A stretch of 33,247 bases of DNA from a virus. Its lineage: Duplodnaviria > Caudoviricetes. This document shows, piece by piece, positions 1-6,238 of the stretch. Under the pieces are notes generated by a model. The model made no database searches, had not been told where the DNA came from, and saw only the letters and a list, made by a program, of their open reading frames with translations. Made by a program: the position numbers and the translations under genes. Positions within the stretch are counted from its first letter, which is position 1; each line of letters opens with the position of its first letter. The stretch covers positions 1 through 33,247 of IMG/VR virus record IMGVR_UViG_3300016265_000676. One strand, written 5' to 3'.

Positions 1-5
1 GTTCC

Positions 6-344
6 TCAAAGGCGGACCTCCTGAACCTCGATGCCATGCACCGCCTTCATCAGATGCCGCTTGATGCGGTAGCTGTCGGTGATGGCGCCTTTCACATCGG
101 CCACCACGGTGCCAGCAGACGTCTCGTAGGTGAAGTCGGCCAGGTAGCGCAGGGCCGGGCGCTTGCGGCCTCCCAGTACCACAGCAGGGGCCAGCACGAA
201 CGGCACCTGCAAGCGCAGGTTGCTGATCTCCCCCGCCCTCTCCAGCAGCCTGAGCTGGCCGTAGTAGCGAGCCTCGGCCTTGCTGTCGAAGGTGATGCCG
301 TCCACCACGGTCTTGACGGCCCCGAACTTGCTGCGACGCGGCAT
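6..344 (-). CDS. DUF1064-family putative endonuclease (nin region)
   Basis: MPRRSKFGAVKTVVDGITFDSKAEARYY...YLADFTY...VADVKG, a PD-(D/E)xK-like DUF1064 signature; ATG at 344 overlaps the upstream stop. Confidence 0.8.
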   Translation of the reverse strand: MPRRSKFGAVKTVVDGITFDSKAEARYYGQLRLLERAGEISNLRLQVPFVLAPAVVLGGRKRPALRYLADFTYETSAGTVVADVKGAITDSYRIKRHLMKAVHGIEVQEVRL

Positions 345-622
345 CAGCGCACCACCCCGTCCAGCCGGTCGGCCACCAGAGTGGCGTAGCCCGCGATGTC
401 GCGCCACGAGTCCGCGTAGTCAGGGTCGCCGTTGATGATCCGGGCCATCTTGTGACAGATCATCTCCAGCGCTTCCATCTGGTCGTCGGCCAGGCGCCGA
501 TCGCGCTTGTCCAGGTCGCGCCGCACGGGCGCCTTCAGGTGCTGCGAAATCTCGGCATGGCCGGCGAAGGTGCCGTAACGCGTGCCACGCTCCTGGAGGA
601 TGTCGTCGAGGGTCTGGGTCAT
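344..622 (-). CDS. DUF6378-like phage protein
   Basis: ERGTRYG...HKMARIINGD...DSWRDIAGYATL motif; coupled to both neighbours. Confidence 0.7.
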   Translation of the reverse strand: MTQTLDDILQERGTRYGTFAGHAEISQHLKAPVRRDLDKRDRRLADDQMEALEMICHKMARIINGDPDYADSWRDIAGYATLVADRLDGVVR

Positions 623-882
623 GTATTCAATGCCTCTATGGTTCGTGCCAGCAGATCCATCTCATCGACCTTCTGGGCCTTGAGACGCTGGCGGTTGCCG
701 TGAAACCCGGTCGGTCCGGTGTGGCAGTCCGGGCACAGCGCAATGGCCAGCCAGTGCTGCGCGCGCTGGGCCATGCCCTGACCCTCCCGTGCGTGGTGGA
801 CGTGGACGCCCTCGGCGCCGCACAGGACGCACGGCAGTTCGGCCACGCGGTCCAGGTAGCGTTTCTCGGCCTGGGTGGTCAT
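619..882 (-). CDS. Ref/HNH-like zinc-binding nuclease
   Basis: LPCVLCG..VHVHH...IALCPDCH motif. Confidence 0.7.
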   Translation of the reverse strand: MTTQAEKRYLDRVAELPCVLCGAEGVHVHHAREGQGMAQRAQHWLAIALCPDCHTGPTGFHGNRQRLKAQKVDEMDLLARTIEALNT

Positions 883-1340
883 GCGTGAATCTCCCCGGTT
901 TCCTCATCGACCATCCACTGCCGTGCCTCGCGCAGCTTGATGTCGTTGTGCGCGCACCAGGCATGGACGTACTCCACCAGGCTGGACAGCCGGGCCTTGC
1001 TCATGCGGGCGGTGCTCTCGCGCAGGTTGCAGAACTCGCCTTCCAGGCCAGGCACCATCTCGGCACCCTGACCCGTCGCGACAGAATGCCCGCTGACGAA
1101 CAACACCTTCCAGGCGGCCGGCGTGCGCTTCTTGCCCTGCCACTGAGCCTGACGAGCCACATCAGCGATCAGCGCATGGAGCAGTCGGTTCTGGGCGTCG
1201 CTGCGGGTCTCGGCGCGCAGTTCCAGCACCAGGCCGTGGCCGGCCAGCAGCAGCGCCTTGGCAAACGCCCATGCGGCCTGGATCTCTTGGTACGCCTGGA
1301 CCGGGTTCCACAGGCGCCATGCTTTTCGGGTGTCGCTCAT
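879..1340 (-). CDS. ninB: NinB-family recombination protein
   Basis: TRSDAQNRLLHALIADVARQAQWQGKKRTPAAWKVLF...GLEGEF...STARMSK; ATG at 1340 overlaps the upstream stop. Confidence 0.8.
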   Translation of the reverse strand: MSDTRKAWRLWNPVQAYQEIQAAWAFAKALLLAGHGLVLELRAETRSDAQNRLLHALIADVARQAQWQGKKRTPAAWKVLFVSGHSVATGQGAEMVPGLEGEFCNLRESTARMSKARLSSLVEYVHAWCAHNDIKLREARQWMVDEETGEIHA

Positions 1341-1546
1341 TCCACGTCCTCCTCGAACAGATCCATGTTTTCCTGCGGAGCCGGGCGCGTGAACCGCAGC
1401 CGCGGCAGCGACAGCCGGCCGGCCCGCTTCTTCGCCAGCTCCAGCAGCCCGGCGCGGCGCGCGCACTTCGGGCCGACCGGCAGCGGGCCGATCAGCACCG
1501 CCGGATTCAGGACGGGGCGACCACACAGGGCGCAATGCAGCTTCAC
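1337..1546 (-). CDS. Small zinc-finger protein
   Basis: CALCGRP...GPKCARR; fits the operon with an SD upstream. Confidence 0.6.
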   Translation of the reverse strand: MKLHCALCGRPVLNPAVLIGPLPVGPKCARRAGLLELAKKRAGRLSLPRLRFTRPAPQENMDLFEEDVE

Positions 1547-1550
1547 GCCG

Positions 1551-1799
1551 TCACCTCCCAGGCCAGCGCCGTGACCCCGGCCACGGATCGGGCGTGCGCT
1601 CGAATGCAGCCAGGTCGTTTGCAGACGGCCTGTAGCCCGCCGCCTTTACCCTCCCGCCCACCTCGGACCGCAGGCCCACCCAGATCTCGTAGCGCTCCAG
1701 CTCGGCCACCCTGGCCTGGGCGTACTGCCACCAGCCCGGCGTCATCGCCATGGCCGTGTAGTGGGCCGCGATGCGATCGAAGGTCTCGTTCCATGTCAC
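1551..1799 (-). CDS. Hypothetical protein
   Basis: GTGA overlap with the helicase stop; fills the operon gap (start could be 1805). Confidence 0.55.
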   Translation of the reverse strand: MTWNETFDRIAAHYTAMAMTPGWWQYAQARVAELERYEIWVGLRSEVGGRVKAAGYRPSANDLAAFERTPDPWPGSRRWPGR

Positions 1800-2782
1800 A
1801 TCCACCCCGTCTGCCGGTGCGGGTAGTTCGGGAAGAACATCGGGCCATCACCCTCGGCGCCGACGAACTGCCCGGCATCACGGTTGAACCACAGTGCGAT
1901 GCTCGGCTCACCCTCGCCGCTGCCCTCATAGTTGCGCTGCTTTCGGCAGTACAGGATCTGGTCCGGCTCTTCCTGGCGCTTGTTCGCGCCCGCCTTGCGG
2001 TCCTCTTCCTTGCCCTTGTTGCGCCACACTAAAAACAGGTTGTCCGGCTGGTCCACGATGGCGCCCGAGCCCTTCACGTCGCTCTTGTCCGGCTTATCGG
2101 TCTCCTTCGGCGGCTTCTTCAGGTGGTGGACGATGTGGATGTGCACGCCGTAGTCCTGGGCGATGGTCATCATCTCGTCCACGAACGCCTTCTGGCCGTT
2201 GTAGTCGTCCTCGGCCCGGACGCACTTGGCCAGGTTGTCGATGAAGATGTGCTGGATGCCCGCCTCCTTGGCGCAGTAGCGCGCCATGCCGATGACCTTC
2301 GAGCCCTCGGCACTGCCCACATGGTCGTACAGCCACAGCCGCCCATCGGTCCAGTCGCTGAACTCGTCGTAGAGCTTCTCGACCTCGGCAATGCCGGCGT
2401 CGCACTGGAACTCGGGGCTGAACGGGTTCATGCCCACGAACATGCGCGCCAGGCGCTGCATCGTCACAACGGGTTTAAGCTCGAAACTGGCAATGACCAC
2501 CCGCTCCCCTTGACCCATGAGAGAAAGCGCCACCTGGGACGTTACAAGGCTCTTGCCGTGGCCATTCATGCCGGCCCAGATCGTCACCTCGCCCTTGCGG
2601 AAGTCGAAACTCTCACGGGTCTTGTCCCAGGGCAGGTACACCAGCCGCTGCTCGCGGCGACCGCGCAGCCGGTCCTTCAGCGCCTGCTTGTAGCTCGATG
2701 CCGGCTTGACCTTGACCTGCGCATCGGTCTCACGCAGGTACAGCTCGAAGTCGATCATGTCGTCGTCGAAGATCGCGGCCAT
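1796..2782 (-). CDS. SF4 (DnaB/T7 gp4/Twinkle-like) replicative helicase domain
   Basis: Walker A AGMNGHGKS, Walker B IFIDNL, HIVHHLKK, VKGSGAIVDQPDN motifs. Confidence 0.88.
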   Translation of the reverse strand: MAAIFDDDMIDFELYLRETDAQVKVKPASSYKQALKDRLRGRREQRLVYLPWDKTRESFDFRKGEVTIWAGMNGHGKSLVTSQVALSLMGQGERVVIASFELKPVVTMQRLARMFVGMNPFSPEFQCDAGIAEVEKLYDEFSDWTDGRLWLYDHVGSAEGSKVIGMARYCAKEAGIQHIFIDNLAKCVRAEDDYNGQKAFVDEMMTIAQDYGVHIHIVHHLKKPPKETDKPDKSDVKGSGAIVDQPDNLFLVWRNKGKEEDRKAGANKRQEEPDQILYCRKQRNYEGSGEGEPSIALWFNRDAGQFVGAEGDGPMFFPNYPHRQTGWM

Positions 2783-3108
2783 CACGCCACCTCCTTGCGG
2801 TGCCAGACCTCGGCCCAGCCGTCACCCCATCCCAGCACATGGCACGCCGCCACGGTCGCTGCGCCCGCGTCCTTGCATCGCTCGAACAGCGCCTTGGCGC
2901 GCGCCTCGGCCGGGCTGCTGATGCTCACCCTCAGGCCGACCAGGCAGCGCAAGTCCAGTAGATCGATGTCGTCGCCAGCGGTGCAGACCGTCACGGCGTC
3001 ACCCGCGTTCTCGTGCCAGTCCGTGCGGCAGGGGTAGTCGTTGACGAACACGAAGCGGGGGGCCTTGTGCGCCCTGCGCAGCTCGATGAGTTTTTCGTAG
3101 CCGCGCAT
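2782..3108 (-). CDS. Hypothetical replication-module protein (108 aa)
   Basis: MRGYEKLIELRR...; TGATG-coupled to both the initiator and the helicase. Confidence 0.65.
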   Translation of the reverse strand: MRGYEKLIELRRAHKAPRFVFVNDYPCRTDWHENAGDAVTVCTAGDDIDLLDLRCLVGLRVSISSPAEARAKALFERCKDAGAATVAACHVLGWGDGWAEVWHRKEVA

Positions 3109-3839
3109 CAGATCACCCCCGCGAAAGCCGGGTTGCTGCGCCAGTTCCCGCCCTCGGATTGCTCGCCGTCGGTAACGCCTTCGTCCTGCCAGCGACCCTG
3201 GTTCAGCCATGTTGCCGGGTGCGGGATGTACTCGCCGTCGTCCTTGGTCCATTTGCTCGACTGCTTCTGCAGCTCCACCGCCGACACCATGAGGTCAACC
3301 AGCGCATCGTCAGGGTTGCGCTTGTCAAACGCCTTTCTGGCAGCATCCTTGCCAACCTTGTTCGGGTAGGTTTTCCAGAAACGGTCAAACAACGCGTCGC
3401 GTGCTGACGCGTGTTCCTTTCCTTTCCTTTCCTTCCTTCCTACCTGTGCGTCACTGTCGCGTGGTTCACGCGTTCCTGACGCGTCGTTCACGCGTGGTTC
3501 ACGCGTCGTCATCGCGTCGTCATCGCGTGGCGACGGGAGTTGAGATGCTTGCTCGCGTGGGTTGACGTGCTGGTGCGCGTGAAACGATGGTATGTACGCG
3601 TAGCCATTGCCGTACAGCCTGACCATGCCGAGGCTTAGGATTTCCCCGCAAAGCGATTCGATATCGCAGTCGTCCGCAGGGAAGTAGCGCATCTTGAGCG
3701 TGCGCGGTTTCCACGAAAGTCGCCCCTCTCGGTCAGCTTCGCACCACAGCGCAATGTAAAGCAGTCGGGCAAGTGGACTCAGAGAAACGATGTCTTCAGA
3801 GGTGAAAAACTCTGGCTTGATGGTGCGAATTCTCGCCAT
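3108..3839 (-). CDS. Phage replication initiator (lambda O/replisome-organiser-like)
   Basis: MARIRTIKPEFF N-terminus, FDRFWKTYP..KVGK..A..AF and YIPHPATWLNQGRWQD C-terminus; internal iterons. Confidence 0.85.
   Translation of the reverse strand: MARIRTIKPEFFTSEDIVSLSPLARLLYIALWCEADREGRLSWKPRTLKMRYFPADDCDIESLCGEILSLGMVRLYGNGYAYIPSFHAHQHVNPREQASQLPSPRDDDAMTTREPRVNDASGTREPRDSDAQVGRKERKGKEHASARDALFDRFWKTYPNKVGKDAARKAFDKRNPDDALVDLMVSAVELQKQSSKWTKDDGEYIPHPATWLNQGRWQDEGVTDGEQSEGGNWRSNPAFAGVI
3458..3534. repeat. Replication origin iterons: 7 tandem 11-bp units beginning CGCGT
   Basis: cgcgtggttca/cgcgttcctga/cgcgtcgttca/cgcgtggttca/cgcgtcgtcat/cgcgtcgtcat/cgcgtggcgac inside the initiator gene, next to a strand-biased (TTCC/TTTCC)n tract at 3414-3441. 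Confidence 0.8.
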
Positions 3840-3877
3840 TCTTGGTTGCTCCCTGGTTAGGGCTTGCGGTACTGAAG

Positions 3878-3944
3878 GCACTTGGCCAGGGCGGGTACCA
3901 ACCGCCTTTTCGGTTTGGGGAGCTACCCCGCCCCTAGGCCGTGC
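3878..3944 (-). ncRNA. Candidate structured cis-RNA upstream of the replication initiator
   Basis: GCACGGCC...GGCCAAGTGC closing stem enclosing GGGG-TAGCT-CCCC and GGCGG-TTGGTAC-CCGCC hairpins. Confidence 0.5.
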
Positions 3945-3954
3945 TCATGCAATT

Positions 3955-4242
3955 TTACCTCACTTGAGATGCGTCTGCCTGCTGCATCACGCTGCGCATC
4001 CTGTTTGCCTGGCGCTCGCGCATGATCAGCGTCAGCGCCTTCTGCATCATCTCGATAGTGCAGCGCTCCAGCTGCGCGTCGTGAATCTCCATCACGAGGT
4101 TGACGGCGGTCAGCTCGGGGCCGGTGAACACGAAGCGGTCCCCGTTGCGGACGCCGCGCACCAGCATGGACAGCAGCGCATCCTGCCCGGCTCGAATCTC
4201 GTCGCGCCAGTCGGAGCCCAGCTCCGGGTTGACGCGGGTCAT
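3955..4242 (-). CDS. Hypothetical protein, paralog of the C-terminal part of 11719-12255
   Basis: ATGA-coupled to the cro-like gene; RFVFTGPEL...HDAQLERCT motif. Confidence 0.7.
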   Translation of the reverse strand: MTRVNPELGSDWRDEIRAGQDALLSMLVRGVRNGDRFVFTGPELTAVNLVMEIHDAQLERCTIEMMQKALTLIMRERQANRMRSVMQQADASQVR

Positions 4243-4421
4243 GCTTGCTCCTTGGGTGGATTCTTGGGCTTGCGCCGGCTGTACTTTGCGCGCAGCACCA
4301 GCCGCCAGGGTTCTGGAAGCGATTGCTTCCACTTCCTGACTCGGGCGGCTTCTACGCCGAGAGCTTTTGCCAAAGCGACACAGTTGCCTTCGATGGCTAG
4401 TGCGTGTGTAAGTTCATCCAT
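4239..4421 (-). CDS. Cro-like HTH regulator (60 aa)
   Basis: MDELTHALAIEGNCVALAKALGVEAARVRKWKQSLPEPWR, a Cro-like HTH; first gene of the replication operon. Confidence 0.75.
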   Translation of the reverse strand: MDELTHALAIEGNCVALAKALGVEAARVRKWKQSLPEPWRLVLRAKYSRRKPKNPPKEQA

Positions 4422-4460
4422 GTTTGGATTGTAGCGGGAAAATTTTCTTGTGTGCCGCGT
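4422..4460 (-). promoter_or_regulatory. PR-like early promoter
   Basis: -10 TACAAT (4433-4428) 6 nt before the cro ATG; AT-rich; -35 non-canonical. Confidence 0.6.
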
Positions 4461-4464
4461 GAAA

Positions 4465-4503
4465 TTTTTCTCGCACAAGCTGATTTTTGTGCATAATGGA
4501 GCC
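4465..4503 (+). promoter_or_regulatory. PL-like early promoter with overlapping palindromic operator
   Basis: -10 CATAAT (4492-4497); inverted repeat GCACAA-N8-TTGTGC (4473-4492). Confidence 0.6.
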
Positions 4504-4713
4504 ATGCCGCAGCGAAAGCGTAAGACGACATGACCGCTAGGACCCAGCCGACCCAAGGCTGGCGAGTGCGAGGGGTGAGGACGCATCTGAGCCGAGGCGC
4601 ATCGACGCCACAACGATTTGCAGTGGGCTGAAAGGCCACGCCGCCACGCGATGCGGTTCCCCCTCGCAAGAGGGGCAAAACCCGAGCGCCTTCGGTGAGG
4701 GGGCTGGGGTTTT
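4504..4713 (+). ncRNA. Structured 5' leader of the early operon
   Basis: Several hairpins incl. GNRA-capped GGCT-GAAA-GGCC and CCCCTC-GCAA-GAGGGG, ending in AAAACCC...GGGTTTT hairpin. Confidence 0.5.
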
Positions 4714-4735
4714 CAACCCACCGAAAGGACCACCG

Positions 4736-5134
4736 ATGACCAACATCGACCACCTGACCTACGGCGAACTCAAGCAGATCGCCGCCCGCTTCAACCAAGC
4801 GCCCGCAGCACAGCAGCCGGCCGCGCCCCAAGGGCTGAACGCCATGCTCGGCACCAAGTGCATCGTGCGCACCTACTCGGCCGGCGTCTGGTACGGCGAG
4901 ATCGAGCAGAAGGCCGGCAACGAGGTCATCGTCAAGAACGCCCGCCGCCTGTGGCAATGGAGGGCCGCGAAATCGATCAGCCTGAGCGGCGTGGCGGTGC
5001 ATGGCGTCGATCCCGAGGGCTGCAAGTTCGCCCCCGTCGTCCCGGCCGTATGGCTCGAAGCGATCGAGCTGATTCCGGTATCGGCGACAGCGGAGGCCAG
5101 TATCGAGGGGGTTGCCGATGTCGAGGCTTGTTAA
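4736..5134 (+). CDS. DUF6948-like protein, possible Sm-like fold
   Basis: SD AAGGA; KCIVRTYSAGVWYGEIE...EVIVKNARRLWQW...SLSGVAVHG...LEAIELIP. Confidence 0.75.
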   Translation: MTNIDHLTYGELKQIAARFNQAPAAQQPAAPQGLNAMLGTKCIVRTYSAGVWYGEIEQKAGNEVIVKNARRLWQWRAAKSISLSGVAVHGVDPEGCKFAPVVPAVWLEAIELIPVSATAEASIEGVADVEAC

Positions 5135-5216
5135 TCCAGTCGACTACGGCTACGGCTACGGCTACGGCTACGGCTACGGCTACGGCTACGGCTACGGCTC
5201 CGGCTACGGCGACTAA
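5118..5216 (+). CDS. 32-aa Tyr-Gly repeat peptide MSRLVNPVD(YG)9SGYGD
   Basis: SD GAGGGG at 5105-5110, ATG 5118, TAA 5214-5216; overlaps the end of the upstream gene by 17 nt; below the ORF-track cutoff. Confidence 0.7.
   Translation: MSRLVNPVDYGYGYGYGYGYGYGYGYGSGYGD
5145..5210 (+). repeat. Hexanucleotide tandem repeat (TACGGC)9-TCCGGC-TACGGC
   Basis: Directly visible. Confidence 0.98.
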
Positions 5217-5231
5217 TCCCACGAGGCCACC

Positions 5232-5446
5232 GGGGCAGCCTTCTCAATGCCCCATTCAGCCCTTCACCAGAGGGGCATCAAGCAAGTCCGCTGGGCCGAC
5301 CGACCGGATAGGCCGGAAGGCGGAGTCAGTGTTCCCCAGCGGGCTTGCTTGAGTGTCGCGCCGGCCGGATCTTAGCCGCCCGGCAGGTTTTTTCTGTCAG
5401 CTGCTGGTAGCCAATGCGCGCTTCACGCAAGCGGCGCGGCACTCAA
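5232..5446 (+). ncRNA. Candidate structured non-coding RNA(s)
   Basis: 18-bp stem 5278-5295/5335-5352 and 15-bp stem 5349-5363/5432-5446, each with a G-U pair that works on the + strand. Confidence 0.6.
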
Positions 5447-5480
5447 CCTCAACTCCCTGCCCGGTGCAACGCCGGGACTT

Positions 5481-5513
5481 CAGCCCGCCAGCTCACCCCT
5501 GGCGGGCTTTTTT
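5481..5513 (+). terminator. Intrinsic terminator
   Basis: AGCCCGCCAG-loop-CTGGCGGGCT followed by T-run. Confidence 0.8.
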
Positions 5514-5526
5514 CTTGGAGACGCAC

Positions 5527-5799
5527 ATGATCGAAATCACCACCTGGGTCGGCGACGAGGTGCCATGCATCGCCCGCGTCACCGATTACGAGCCCGAGGA
5601 GCCGCCCTACCGGCGCGGCCACCCCGACACCTGGGAGCCCGGACAGACCGAACTCCTCGAGTGGGAACTGTTCGACCCCGAAAAGGAATTCACCCCGGCA
5701 GAACTGGAGGCCATGGCCAGCGAGGAAGACCTCACGCGCATCAACGACGAGCTGCTCGAGGAAATCGAGGCCGAGCACCAGCGGGAGATGCAGCCATGA
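5527..5799 (+). CDS. Acidic hypothetical protein
   Basis: SD GGAG; MIEITTWVGDEVPC...; very Glu/Asp-rich; ATGA overlap downstream. Confidence 0.75.
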   Translation: MIEITTWVGDEVPCIARVTDYEPEEPPYRRGHPDTWEPGQTELLEWELFDPEKEFTPAELEAMASEEDLTRINDELLEEIEAEHQREMQP

Positions 5800-5969
5800 C
5801 GCACAACTACCCAAACCTGTTTGCCATCAGCGCCACGCGCTGTCACTGGTGGCGGCGCTGGGAAAGCGCGAGCTACGGCGTCACCGTAGGCCACTACCCG
5901 TTTGACAGTCGATTCGAGGCCGTCGTGGACGACTTCGGCACCTTGACCCCCGTGAGGAGATACGGATGA
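5796..5969 (+). CDS. Hypothetical protein (57 aa)
   Basis: ATGA overlaps at both ends; MTHNYPNLF...VVDDFGTLTPV. Confidence 0.65.
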   Translation: MTHNYPNLFAISATRCHWWRRWESASYGVTVGHYPFDSRFEAVVDDFGTLTPVRRYG

Positions 5970-6238
5970 CCAGCAAAACTTTCACATGTATCGCCGTTTC
6001 CGGCATTGCCCTGGTGTTCGCCGCCAGCTACCTGATGGACGGGCCCAGCGAGCAAGATCTGGCCGAAGCCGTGGCGCTCGACCTCAAGGACGCACAAGCC
6101 CAGGCAGCGCGTGAAGCCGGGCGGGGACGCACCACGCAGCAGATAGCGCAAGCCGCCTGCGACCGGCTGCACGGCATGCATGCGATGGTGCTGCAACTGC
6201 AGGACGGCACAGGCTTTGTCTGCCGCAGGCGTGCTTGA
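5966..6238 (+). CDS. Hypothetical protein with N-terminal hydrophobic segment
   Basis: SD GAGGAG; CIAVSGIALVFAASYLMDGP. Confidence 0.7.
   Translation: MTSKTFTCIAVSGIALVFAASYLMDGPSEQDLAEAVALDLKDAQAQAAREAGRGRTTQQIAQAACDRLHGMHAMVLQLQDGTGFVCRRRA

Noticed and set aside
4858-5352. Alternative readings of the hexamer repeat as poly-(Thr-Ala) (4858-5352 +) or poly-(Val-Ala) (4977-5222 -)
   Set aside because: Both overlap the DUF6948-like gene extensively; the YG frame has an SD, ATG and a stop just after the repeat
5329-5368. GTGTTCCCCAGCGGG and GTCGCGCC resemble the starts of type I-E and I-C CRISPR repeats (possible RNA anti-CRISPR)
   Set aside because: Matches are only 8-9 nt, lack the repeat hairpin and 3' handle, and are explained by the long stems
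5349-5446. Cloverleaf-like fold as a tRNA gene
   Set aside because: No TTCRA T-loop, no canonical D-arm or CCA end
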